Shown one piece after another: positions 51,319 through 63,645 of a DNA stretch of 64,000 nucleotides. The DNA is from Camelus ferus (Eukaryota): positions 24,182,001-24,246,000 of the forward strand of contig NC_045696.1 in assembly GCF_009834535.1 (NCBI RefSeq), in the 5' to 3' direction. How positions within the stretch are numbered: the first letter of the stretch is position 1; the number at the start of each line of letters is the position of its first letter. Below the pieces are notes generated by a model. It searched no databases. It was not told where the DNA came from and worked only from the letters and a program-made list of their open reading frames with translations. The position numbers were made by a program, and so were the translations under genes.

Positions 51319-51390
51319 AGAGTGTTTGGATTTAAGAACTCTGTTCTCAGGACCCCTTATTTTACCATTTGGAAGAGACACATTCAGAAG
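51319..51390 (+). other. NRIP1: NRIP1 non-coding exon 2 (72 nt)
   Basis: ttttcag|AGAGTGTTTGGA...CTGTTCTCAGGACCCCTTATTTTACCATTTGGAAGAGACACATTCAGAAG|gtattg; closely matches human NRIP1 exon 2 as recalled; canonical splice sites. Confidence 0.85.
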
Positions 51391-53029
51391 GTATTGTATT
51401 TTGTCTCCTTGTTCCACTTTTTAAAGTAGTTAAGCCTTTCCTGTTATAGGAAAGAAAGAATATTATGCCAGATTTAGTTGTTTATTTTTCTTAAGTTTTT
51501 GATGTTGATAAACTAGTTGTTTGACATTGTAACAGAGGAGAGGGGTATATTTCAGTGTTGGTAAATTCTGAATTTTGTATAAGTAAAAGAAATCTGGTTT
51601 AGATGGAACCAGTTTTGCCCTTTTTTTAAACATCTGAGATATTTACATTTTTACCTTTTCAGTATAGTACTATTTTAAAGAATGTTTTGATTTGAAAATG
51701 AGTTATAAAAAGCTTCTGTTTATCGAAGACTTTGTGAAATATACATTAAACATTTAGGCAGTCTTAAAGTTCTTCTTGCCTGTGATAATTCTGCCTTCTG
51801 GTGTAGGGACCAGCTAGCATCTGTATTTGCATGAAGTCTTTCATCAGGGTCCATGGACATACTCAGCGAGGTCACCTGACTCTGCCTTTGAACATCCATC
51901 TCTGCATCATCACGTGTCTAGACTGGTGCAGCATAATAATTCATCTGCTTGTAGGCCACGAGTCTGCAGTACCTGTAATGTATTCCTGCAGTACACGTGA
52001 TATATTACTAGGAAGGAAGGCTATTGAGATCATCAGTTGAGAAACTTACCTGCTTTGTATTTTTGTTCTTTACAACCCCAAGACCCCACATGGATACACA
52101 AGCCAATTTTGGCAAGAGTCAGTGGTGAACACAGTCCACTTCAGCCATATCTACCTTCTTGTGTCCATCTTTATGCCTCCCATCAGTCTTGTGTTTGTCT
52201 TTTAAAAAACTTGCCAGCTGTCCTGCTAGGAATAGAAACAGATGAAGGAAGGATGCCTACATGCATTTAGTAAGATAATGTATTTGTGAAAGTTGTAGTG
52301 AATAGGTCAGCTTCTTTGAATGCATATTACTCTGTTAACTAGAGAGTCATAATTTGTATTCACGTGAAATAACACAAAAATCAGTTTTACAAATTTTCTT
52401 AAATAATCCCCTGTCAAACACTATGATTGGGTGAATATAGTCTTTTCTGTTTCCACAGCACATTATATTAAACTCTCTCTGTTCAGGGTTATTCACTATT
52501 AGCAAAACAGCATTTTCTCCCTCTTCCTGTCATTTGTGAGCGGAAGGGTAAAAGCAAATAACAAATTTAAATAAACAAATTAGGACTGTAAAATAACTTT
52601 TATATAAACTCCCAAATACTAATTTTAATTTTTACGTATACTTTATCAGTGAAAGAAAGGATATGATCCTGAATTTTGTGGAATTTAAAGTTATCTTTTA
52701 AAATTGAAGTTAAGAATTAACTACTGTGATTACAAATTTAAAGATACAAACATTCAAATAGTGTATAACTATTAGTTATAGAGGGGATTGTTACACTTTT
52801 TGAAGCCATTGTGAATTATCAGTTTATGAAAGTTTATCATGTAATCTCAAAATTAAGAGTAGGTTGACTAGAGTTGAACTGGTTATTATTTTTATTAATA
52901 AGAAACTGCAAAGAAGTTTAAGTGTGAAGAAATTCTTGGGTAAATTTTGAATAGGAATTGGTTTTAAGTAATTCTTTTGAAAATAACTCATGTATCAGAC
53001 CCTTTTTTAAAAAATCACATATTTTTAAA

Positions 53030-53610
53030 AACTCACTTTTTTGAAGTCAAACTTCATATAGTCAAATTGGCACTCTTATTTGCTAGTTCAGAGGTCTTTT
53101 TGTTTGTTTGTTTGTTTGGTTTATTAACTTAAGCTTACCCTACTCCTGCCTAACTACAGCCTAGCCCAGAACATTCATTGGTGTCTTCCCTGGTCAGTAC
53201 TGCTTCTACCCAACAGAAACCAATCTTTAGCATCTTTTACCTTGGATTACTTGTGCCTGTTTTTGAACTTAATACTATTAGAATCATGTAATTTGAACTC
53301 TCTTCATGTCTGATTTTTGAATTACCATTATGTCTTTGAGTCATCCATTTGTGTATTAATCCCCCCACCCCCTACCCCATTGTGTATATTCCACTGTATG
53401 ATTATACCATCATGTAGCCTTTCTGCTGTAAGTGTACACTGAATATCTTTCCAGTTTGGGGCTAAAATAAGGCTACTCTGAACTTCTTTCTGTCGTTTGG
53501 TAGAAATAATCATTCCTTTCTGTCGTTTGGTAGAAATAATCATTCATTTCTGATATACGCACAGGAGCGGAACTGCTATGTGGTGGAGTATATATGTGTA
53601 ACTTTAGAGT
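53030..53610 (-). mobile_element. Old L1 (L1ME/MD-type) 3' fragment
   Basis: tgcctgtttttgaactt...gagtcatccatt...tattccactgtatgattataccat...tttccagtttggggcta...aggagcggaactgct. Confidence 0.7.
53486..53545. repeat. Perfect 30-bp tandem duplication
   Basis: ctttctgtcgtttggtagaaataatcattc x2. Confidence 0.97.
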
Positions 53611-54144
53611 AATAGATCCTGGGAGTGCTTTTAAAGCTATTTAGGAAATGTCAATCAGTGTATCTTTTACTACTGATAGTTTTTTATTATGGAATAGACT
53701 TGTTTTTCTCCAGCTTTATGTAAACTCTAGAGTTGTTTTTTTAGGAGTTCTGAAGTTTTACCATCTGTTAAAGTTAAGTTGCCTGTTTTCTGATTCCACT
53801 ATGATATGTATTTGGTTCATGAAACTTAGATCTGTTCTAACCTGAGTGAAGGAAAAAGGACACAGAACCCTCTTATACATCTTTATGACTAAGGAAGTAC
53901 TGAAAATGGATTTTAAAACAAGTTAGACTTATCATATAATGAAGGCTTTTACTTTATTGTTGAATTTTGGTTACCTCTTTGGATATCTAAAGTCATGGAG
54001 ACACTTGAGTAACAAAAATAGTACTTCTGCACATCTGTTAAATGTTTCTTACTACCTTTATCTGTGTTTGTATTAATCTATTTGGTGATTTAAAGTAAAA
54101 TTATTCATTCTAGAACATAAGTACTTGGGAAATTTTATACAGAG

Positions 54145-54457
54145 CAGAGCTGTTCAGTGGCAGTATAATGTAAGCTACATGTGTAATTTTAAATTTTCTA
54201 GTAGTCACATTAAAAAGGGAAAAAGGAACAGGTGAAGCTAATAAAATATTTTATTTATCACAATATCTGCAAAATACTGTTCCATTGCTTAATTAGTATA
54301 AAATTATGAGATATTTTATATTCTTTTTCTCATACTAAATTTTTTTTAATTCAGCGTATATTTTCACATATTTCTAGCCCATTGCAGTTTAGATTAGTCA
54401 GTTTTTAAGGCTTCAGTTGCAACATGTATCTAGTGGTTACTGTTTTAGATGGCATAG
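54145..54457. mobile_element. MER33 (hAT-Charlie) element, opposite orientation to the 29.7-kb copy
   Basis: cagagctgttcagt...aattttaaattttctagtagtcacattaaaaa...acatgtatctagtggttactgttttaga; degenerate target duplication atacagag / ttatagag. Confidence 0.75.
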
Positions 54458-55499
54458 TTATAGAGTTATATCTTGGGTTTTTAAAAGACAGTGCTTTAGT
54501 CAAATTCATATCTAGTTAAAATTATCCTTAAAAATTCAATAGAAAGATGCCATGCAGATGCTAATATAGTATGTTTCAGTAGGTCTCAAACAGCCCATTT
54601 GTCCTTCAGTGTTGGAATAAATAACATTTTTTTTTTTGGTTGAACACCAGATAAAGCAATTGTCCAGTGTTGAGGGGGCATTTGTATGAAAAATACACAT
54701 CTTTAAACTGTAAAATCAGATCTGTAACAACAGATTCACATTGTCCATTTTCCTCTAGGTTATATGCTAGACAGAATTTTACTTTATTTTTTCCTCTTTT
54801 TTTTTTAAAGCATGGCTGGTTTAATTTTAGTGTGGCAAATTGACATATGATGTAACTCTACTATCTCCTGAATAAAATAGGGCAGTTAAAAAAAAGATTG
54901 TATGTATACATATAAATGTACCAATGACTTTTCATTAATTAGGATATTTAAAGGTTACCTAGATTTTGTGGGTTAATATTTCTGCATGTATATATTTGCC
55001 AAGTGAGATGAATCTAAAACTATAAGCTGTCTCACAGGAACTTGGGTCAAATTTTGCTACCAGATTGGCTTGCTTTAAACTTTTAGTGTTCAGAATTCGA
55101 ATATGGATAAGGAACTGCTGACCTGTGAAAATGGTCACATATGAAGGGTTGTCACGAGGAGTAAAGTGCATTAAACAACACTGGCCACGATTGCATGTGT
55201 TAGCTGTTATTTTGGGTTTCTGATGTGAGGTAGCTGTTTTATAACCATCCCCACCAACACATTTTTTAATAGTACTCCTTCCTCCCTTTTAAATGAAGTC
55301 AACTATACTTGACACCCAGTTATAATAGTACATGTTATTGGCTATTAAAAAAAAAAAGAAAATCATTCCTGTGCTTAAAAGTCTTCACCTCAGTTGCAGT
55401 AAAACTGAAGTTCTTGCATTAGCTGATAAAGCAATGGCATCTTCTCGATGAGGCCTGTGCTGGTGACCGCTCCGCACAAAGTGGACATCTCCTCTCTCC

Positions 55500-56500
55500 T
55501 TCCTCTTAGGCTGCTCTCTTTTCTTTTTCCATAGCACTTATCACCTTTAAAACACTCTGAATTTTTTGTATTATTGATTGTTTATTGATTATTTTCCCCT
55601 TCTAAAATGAAAGCTCTCTGTTGTTTTCATCATTGATATGTCTGAAAGAACCTAGAATAATTCTGGGCATCAGTTGGTATAGCCACTATGGAAAACAGTA
55701 TAAAGATTCCTCAAAAACTTAAAAATAAAACTATGATGTGATCCGGAAACCTTACTTCTAAGTATATATCCAGAGAAATTAAAATCAGGATTTTGAGGAG
55801 ATGCTTACGTTCTTTGCAGCATTATTTCCAATAGCCAAGACTTGAAGCAGCTCACATGTCCATTAACAGATTAATGGATAAAGAAAAGGTGGTATGTCTA
55901 TGCAATGGAATATTATTCAACCTTAAAAAAGAAAGAAATTCTGTCATTTGGACAACATGGATGAACTTAGAGGACATTATCCTAAATGAAATAAGCGAGT
56001 TACAGAACAAATACTACATGATTGCACTTATATAAGGAATCTAAAAGAACCAAACTCATGGAAGCAGAGAGTAGAATGGTGGTTACAAGGAAGTGGGAGG
56101 AGGGGGAAGCAGAGAGCTGTTAGTCAAAAAGTACAAACTTTCAGTTATTCAAGATGAATAAATCCTAGAGATCTACTGTACAGCATAATACCTATAGTTA
56201 GCAATTATACTTTGCGCTTAAAAATTTGCTAAGAGATAAATCTTATGTTCAATGTTCCTATCACATAAAAAATGAAGGGGCAGGAGGCAATTTTTGAAGG
56301 TGATGTATGTGTTTATGACATTGATTATGGTGATGGTTTCATAAGTGTATACTTACTTCCAAGCTGATCAAGTTGTTTGTATATGTTACACATATACAGT
56401 TATTTCTGTGTATAAATACTACCTTGATAAAGTGGTTTAAAAAAGGCTGGACATCTAGAAGGAGCTCATACACATTTATTGACTCAATATTTATTGAATA
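55500..56500 (+). mobile_element. L2 3' fragment split by the L1 at 55672-56446
   Basis: atagcacttatcacc...cctagaataattctgggcatc [L1] ctggacatctagaaggagctc...atatttattgaat reconstitutes an L2 terminus. Confidence 0.55.
55672..56446 (+). mobile_element. L1MA/L1MB-type LINE 3' end (~770 bp)
   Basis: gccactatggaaaacagt...aatggataaagaaa...caatggaatattattca...acatggatgaacttagaggacattat...gagatctactgtacagcat...ataaagtggtttaaaaaa. Confidence 0.9.
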
Positions 56501-57289
56501 CATAGGGAAGATACACTATTTTTCACCCCTGAAAATTTGCCTTTATGGACTTAATGGGGCAGGGAATATTTAAAGGAAAACAAAAATCTTCAGTTATATT
56601 TGTAATAATACATTTTGATAACTTGAATTAGTTGCAAGTAGTTTATTCATCAAACTGATACATATATCCCTATGAAAAGTAATATGTAGATATGAAGTTT
56701 TCAAAAAATAGGGTGGATTGTTATGGTCAGGTAATTTAGCTTTGGAGTATACATATGTGTATTTTTCCATTTGAGTCATAAAATATTGGTAATCAATTTG
56801 ACAAGTACATTTACAAGAGAGATCTTGTGCTTCTGTTAAATATAGAGACATTCATTGTGTTATCTCAAAATTAGTGCAAATCAGGCACACTTTGATAATT
56901 TTTAAGAAGTAATTTCTATATAGTAAAGTGTAGGTTGTCTTTCCATTTTATACAGATATTTTCTAATTGTAGTTTTTGAAAGTGTCACTTTTAGGTTACC
57001 TATAATGAATGTTTTTAAAATAGTATAACATGTAATCAAAGATTTACAGTATTAAGAAATGGTATATCTACCCTAGAATACATTCAGAGGAGATGTTATA
57101 TACATTTATTCCATTTTAGAGTAGTTGACTTTATGAGATGATTTAAGCAAAATCTTTCCTGCAAATCTGTTTGGAAGTTTTGAATTTTATATTATGCCTT
57201 CATGTATTCAACACAATAGCAAGCAACCATATGTATGACTATTTCTATAATCATTTTCATTAGAACAGGAAGAATTGTGAGGTTTGGTT

Positions 57290-57890
57290 TCTTCCTTTCT
57301 TTCTCCACTGCCATCTTCCAGATTCAAACTTTACTTAGTACTTCATGATTGTTAGACAGTTACTATAGTAGCTTTCTAACTGGTCTTTTTACCTTTTAGT
57401 TTTTATTATCCAGTATGTTCTACACACTATAGCACAATAAAACTTACTGAAGAAACAATCATTACCCTGAATGCAAAGACCTTTGCCCACAAGATAAAGG
57501 CCAAGTCCTATTTCTATATGGCTTCTGCATTGTATTTCACTTGCCTCATCCTTGGGCATGTTAATCGCGCATTTCTTATACCATCAGCGTTTTTGCCCGC
57601 TTTGTCTCGGATGTCTTGTGATCTTCTCCCTCTGGTTTTCTTTTACCAAAATGCTAACTATCCTGTGATTTGTACGATCGCCCTAAAGAAAGGAACAAGT
57701 GCACTCTTCCATTCCCCTTTAGTAGCTGATGAGTACCTTTCACACTGATCCATTCTCAGCACGATTGTAAACTTCTGTAGGGAAGGGACCATGTCTTTTA
57801 TAAATTTGTGATTTACAAAGCACCCAGCTTGATGCCTCCTGTTTATGGGGTGATCTGTGATAGTACCCAAACTGTATTTTGTTGAGTATA
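57290..57890 (+). mobile_element. L2 fragment
   Basis: ctactatagtagcttc-like start, gattgtaaacttctgtagggaagggaccatgtct...tatttttgttgagt. Confidence 0.55.
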
Positions 57891-59569
57891 TCCATTTGTT
57901 TGGCTTAACTTAATGTTGTTTTAGAATGTTGTTTTAATGTTCCTTACCTGAATAATAGGAAGATTGATTTAATATTTTAACTGAATGTTTATTCTAATAA
58001 GTCTCTTAACTGTTCATCTGAAACAATAAACAAAATACAGATACCTTTGGTGAAAGTAATGAATTACCTGTTTGGAATGCAATGGTTTCCAAGATGAATG
58101 AATTTAAAAGTTTTGTTAACTTTCTAAAATTGATCCTCAATTCCTCATATTGAATTACATTGGGGTTAAATACACTTTTTGAAGGGCATCATTTCACGGA
58201 TTTCCATAAATTTTTTAAAGGTGACCCCATCCCTGTCAATTCTATTTCCTAGGAGTATTTAAGACTAAATAGCTTCCCTGGCTAGTGCAAGTTTTAAACG
58301 GGACTGAATTTGGGATGATGAAAACATTTTTTATTTGATTGGGTATAGTTCTAGTGCTAAGAACACTATTTACGAATAGAACAAATTTCTGATTTTCAGA
58401 GATATTTTCCCTCTCAAAGACAAAATCTGAGTGTCATGTATAACCTGATGACAGCTGTACATTAAAGAGCAAGGTAGGCTGAGGTTTAAGGGGAGATGAG
58501 TGTCATAGGCTAGCGTCTTAAACCACGAACGCTGTCATCACACGTAAAACAGGCCCTGATAATGTGGGCCCACTACGGCCTTGTGTTTAAATGCTCTGAT
58601 GTTGGTGACATAAAATGATGGCAGAGGCTGAACGTGTAAGGAAGAGAGGGTAACTGTGGTTTCTAAATCTTCTTTACTCATAACAAAATACGGCGTGCAA
58701 TTCGGATAATATTCTTTTGGCAACTAAATGGGTTTGGGAAGTTAACATTATAGCCCACCCAGAAATATTTAAGCAGTATGCAGATCCCTCATTTTATTTC
58801 CCTAGAGTATAAAGTTTAGAAAATGTTTAGCCTTTTTAAAAAATGATCCTTTGGTTTTACTTTATAATACAGACAAAAGTTCTGAAAGAAAGTCTAAGTG
58901 TTTATTCTAATAGAAATGAATATAACCTGACGGACTATTTTTAAAGTTCCTTTGACAACAGTGTATTAAAAATATGTGCATGGAGGTTTTATATTAATAC
59001 TGAGTGAGTTCATGCTTATTTGCCATTTTCACAGTAATTTCAGGAAGTAAGAAATTGATAGCATTTTTATTTTATTTAAGTACTCCCATGAGTTTCTGTT
59101 AAGGGTGAAAAACGTCATTACACTATTTGTTAGAAAGTCACATACAATTTAAACTCTGTCTGGTGACCACAGAATGTTATTATCTTAGCTTTTAAGTCTT
59201 CTACAAAATAGTATAACCTCTCTTCCTCTTGGTTGATTTAATGTAAAATATGGATTGTTGTGCTTTTATTTTTTTTGCACCAAAAAGTGTTTGATACGAA
59301 TGTATGTGAACTATTTAAAACACTCAAGTTTCAACATTTAGACTTTTTTCTAATAGGCTTATCACATGATCACTAGTCATTAGCTTTTAAGCTTGTATTT
59401 TAAAACAAAACATTTATTAGGGATAGCGTTCCTGTTTTCTTTTGAGAAAAGTTAGAAGTAGTTGTTTTGTTTCTTTGCTTTACAATAATAGTAATAATAA
59501 CCCAAGGGATATATTTCTCTTTTACCTCTTGTGCAGACACTTAAGTCACTTTTGTGGTCACAGTTCAAT

Positions 59570-59800
59570 ATGTGATGTGGGAAATGCTGGTCTTAGAATC
59601 ATAAGATTTATATTTGACTCACAGCTCTTCGTGCAGACTGTTAGCAAATTGCTTAACCTGAGCCTTAGTTTCCTGATCTGTAAAATGAGGATACAGTCGA
59701 CATCACAGGGATATCCCACAGAGTAAATGAGGAAATCAAGTTTGTGGTCACTAGTGTAACGTTCTAGAAACATAAAATATTATTGACAATATTATTAATT
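59570..59800 (+). mobile_element. MIR SINE
   Basis: agcaaattgcttaacctgagccttagtttcctgatctgtaaaatgaggata. Confidence 0.75.
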
Positions 59801-60589
59801 CTGTTATTTTAAGAGAAATGAGTTTTTGGATGACCACTGTGTACTCAGTAGCACACCCTTCTAAATTAGGATCTTTTCCTCCACAAATTTTGCATCTTTC
59901 TTTCTTTGTTTCTACTCCACTTTAAGAGTTTTCACAAGTCCTGGTCTTTTGAATTCCTTTCAAGTTTGCACCGTTAACATCTGCCACCTGCTGACCCGGT
60001 TCTCTCCACTTCCTCCACTCCTGCTCTCCACGTGCACAGTGGCTTGTTTCTGTTGGGTGATTAAAGTGGTCTTTCTTAATTTTTTCTGGAGATCTAGATT
60101 AATACAGGGTTAGAAACAGCAGCTTGTGAATGCGCCGGAATTATAAAGTAAGGTGCGTAGAAGCCAGTAATTATTTTTCTCCCTGGAGAACAATTAGTAA
60201 AACCCCACATAGACTTGCTTTTTTCTTTCATTGTACAGCAGTTACAGGTTTTAAAAGTGATTTCCGCTCACATATCCAGGTTAAAAAAGTTTTTCCAGTG
60301 TAAAGTGTGAGTTTGCAAAGTGACTAACCACATAACCTAAGTACTTCAAAATGCATGCCGTTAATTACTCTGAATTTTTATAGGTTCGTAGTTTTGCTGA
60401 CTGCAAGAAAATAAAAGACCTAGTACCAGTTCTTACTGGGTCAAGATTTATTTTAAAGTGTCAATATTTCCTTAGCTTTCTGATACTTACAAAAGTTCTA
60501 GAGTTTTCCTGAAAAAAAGGTTTAACAGGCTTTATTCCAGTAAGGAAACTTCAGGGTGCTTATGCTGTGGTGGTAACAAAAGCAATGTA

Positions 60590-61492
60590 CACTTGCCCCT
60601 TGGACAAGACAGGAGCTGGGGCACCAACTCCCCACCCCGTGCATTTGAAAATTTGAGTATTACTTTTAACTTACCCCAAACTTAACTGCCAGTAGCCTGC
60701 AGTTGACTGGAAGCCTTACCGATAAAATAAATAATTGGTTAACACATATTTGGTATGTTATATGTATTATATACTGTATTCTTACCATAAAGCAAGCTAG
60801 GGAAAGGAAAATGTTATTTAGAAAATCATAAGGAGGAGACAATTGTGTAGTACTGTTCATCAACAGGGTGAGTCTGTGTCATCTGTTTCCGTGATGAATT
60901 GTCTGTCTGTCAGTATCTGCATCAGTATTGCCTTGTGTGATACACAACGCTGTAGATGTTATATGCATTGCTAACACTAGACAGCAAATGTGAAAAGATA
61001 ACGTGAAAAACTCATATTTACCTACAGGAATAACAACTCATGCATTGATAATGAAGAAGCAGCAATACGATGACTTTAATGGTAGCCTAATGTAATCAAT
61101 ATGATTGCTTTACAATGGCCTGGCTTACCAGTAATGAATGAATTGTTATAAAATGTTTATGGCATGTTTGGGAGGGGGCATACTGTCTGTATGGTAATAT
61201 AATTCTTTGAAAGCTAAGTTATAAAACAGGAAAGTAACACATTATTAATTTTATATTAAATATCACTCACCTTACGCCTGTGTAAGGATGGACTAGTACC
61301 TACATATATTTTATGCATTCATGACATCTTTTTCTTAATTTTTTTTATATTTCTAGGCTATGTATGTGGTTTGTCAAAAGCTGTTTCGAATTGTTGCAAG
61401 TCTCCAAAAACTTTCCCAGCATATTTATTGAAAAAAATCCACATATAAGTGGACCCATGTAGTTCAAACCCATGTTGTTCAGAGGTCAACTG
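60590..61492. mobile_element. Tigger2-family non-autonomous DNA transposon (~900 bp, both ends present)
   Basis: TIRs cacttgccccttggacaagac / atgttgttcagaggtcaactg, TA at 60588-60589 and 61493-61494, internal gttgactggaagccttaccgataa...tatactgtattcttac...gaaaatcataagga. Confidence 0.88.
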
Positions 61493-61719
61493 TATTTGGT
61501 GAATTCATTAATAGAAATTGCCAGAAGCTAGACTACCCTGGAAGTGTATTTTTATTTAAAGAGGCTAGTGGGGGTAGCAAGGACTAGTAATTATATTTGT
61601 GTCTTCAGCATAGCTGTAGGTGCAGAAAATTTGGCGATTTAAAAACAGATGTTAGTCTTTCATGAAATGATCAGGAGACAAGTTAACCAGGGCAATGGGT
61701 CTGACACTGGAGGTTTTAT

Positions 61720-61910
61720 TGGGTGGTGGTTTGTGGAATGCATTATACAAGCACACTGACCTGAATTTCAATCACAGTGTGCCCCTTACCTGCTGCCTGA
61801 CTTTGGGCAAGTCACCCCCCTGCTCTGAGCCTCAGTTTCTTCATCTGTAAAGTTGGGTAGTATCTGTTTCATAGATAATGATTAAGTGAGATAATACATG
61901 ACTTAGCACT
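61720..61910 (+). mobile_element. MIR SINE
   Basis: tgactttgggcaagtcac...ctctgagcctcagtttcttcatctgtaaagt...gattaagtgagataat. Confidence 0.8.
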
Positions 61911-62129
61911 ATTGTCAATAACTGGTATTTACTTGCAATCCAGTTAATTGATAAAAGTTAATCATAATAGCTGGTAATTAACCCTCGAAATAGTTGTTTT
62001 AAAAACTTTTATTCCATGTTGAGAGTCATTAAAGTATAGAAATACATTTGAGGCTTTTAAAAAATCCTTAGGAAACAATAGTCAAATCAAAACAGTATTT
62101 ACAGGTGAGTGGATTAAATTTGTCAAGGA

Positions 62130-62350
62130 TTGAGACACTGTTTTGTGGTGGTTTTGAACAAGTGTGAATCCTAACTCTGCCGCTTACTTAGTGACTGTTG
62201 ATTTTGGCTTAATAATCTTTCCTCCTAAGGTTCTGTGTTCGCTTCTGTAAAATGGGAATAACTTTATAGAATTGTTTTGATAATTAAAGGAATTAAACCG
62301 TAGAAAGCACAATGCAGTTCCTGGCACCTGGCTCACAGTCATTTTTAGTC
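62130..62350 (+). mobile_element. MIR SINE
   Basis: gtgtgaatcctaactctgccgcttact...tctgtaaaatgggaataa...cagttcctggcac. Confidence 0.7.
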
Positions 62351-62588
62351 CTTATTATTCTGTACATACCTTTTGGACATGGCCTTGAGTACTTGTGGGA
62401 AATACAGTTTTGAAGGCTTTTAATGTAAATGGTTAATGTTGGAATTTTGGGAGTGAGTGCTTTTTCCTTTTCATTTGTATAATGCTTATCTAGTTCACGT
62501 AAATTAAAATGCTAAAATATCCTGAATCTTTTGAAGTAAAAATAGCACCTAGTTTATATTTTGTAAAAATAGATATTTATGTTGCATC

Positions 62589-62906
62589 TGCTATAGTCTA
62601 AATGTGAGGTCCCCCCCAAATTCATATGTTCAAACGTACCCCCCGCCCTTAATGGTATTAGGAAGTGGGGCCTTTGGGAGGTGATTAGGTCATGATAAAG
62701 ACCCAAGAGAGATCTCTTTTCCATTCTGCCATTTGAGGTATACTGAAAAGATGGCTCTCTGTGGACCAGGAAGCAGGCTGTCCCCAGACAGTCTGCCCTC
62801 ACCTTGATCTTGGACTTCCCAGCTTCCAAAATTGTAGTCAATTTCTATTGTTTTCAAGCCACCCATCCATGGAGTTTTATTATAGCAACCTGAGTGGCCT
62901 AAGACA
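62589..62906 (+). mobile_element. MLT1A-type solo LTR with intact termini
   Basis: TG...CA ends, perfect 5-bp target duplication gcatc (62584-62588 and 62907-62911), internal ccaaattcatatgtt...ggggcctttgggaggtgattaggtcatga...ccttgatcttggacttcccagc. Confidence 0.92.
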
Positions 62907-63364
62907 GCATCCATTTTTGTGGTCATTCCATGGCTTTGTACTTTTAATCCGGTCTTTATTCTTGTATCTGTTTTCCTTCCCGCTACATTTCCTGTGTGTA
63001 GAGTGACCCAAAGAAGAAGTAAGGTAGAGCAGGAGGAGGTGAGGACTGTACCAGAGGTCAGTCAACCTTAGGGTGATGAGGTACGCTTTCTGGACCAAAG
63101 ACTTCAGTTGATTCATGACTACTTTTTAAAGTTTCACTAAGAGAATAATTTGTATTGCTTTTGTTTACTATTGTGGAATATGGCAAAAAGATTTTAAAGG
63201 AAAACTCTATTTTTCTCAGTAGCTTTCAGTAATTTTTTTAGAGTTGTAATTCATCCAGTAATTTCTCAACATGACAGCTAATAAAAGATTGCTAATATAT
63301 TATGAGTATTATATTAAGTATAGAGTTAAGTTTATCCTGTATGAAGTTAATTTTTTATATCTTC

Positions 63365-63557
63365 TATTTTGAGCCCCGTATGTCTTTAGTAAGTTATTTA
63401 ATGGCATAGGGATTTTACATTTATAGGAATTTTCAAAGTTTGTAAGACTTTGACGAGGAGGTAGTGTGGTTTGGTCTTACAAACTTTGAAAATTCCTATA
63501 AATGTAAAATCCCTATGCCATTAAATAATTTATTCAAGACATACTAGGCTCAGAATA
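63365..63557. repeat. Long inverted repeat (fold-back): perfect 55-bp arms, 25-nt spacer, 29-bp imperfect outer arms
   Basis: 63394-63448 is the exact reverse complement of 63474-63528 (checked base by base). Confidence 0.97.
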
Positions 63558-63645
63558 CAGTACTTCCTTCCTTTGGATGAACACTAACAGTTTTGCAGAA
63601 TCTGGTTAGGCATATAGTGGTTTAGAATAAAACTTCAAAAAAAAT

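Noticed and set aside
29706..54457. Inverted MER33 pair as an RNA pairing element
   Set aside because: Copies are highly diverged, 24 kb apart, and the first is upstream of the main TSS, so they are not co-transcribed from the CpG promoter.
63458..63473. let-7-like text GAGGTAGTgtggtttg in the hairpin loop
   Set aside because: Only an 8-nt match, and it lies in the loop rather than a stem arm, so it is not a let-7 precursor; likely coincidence.
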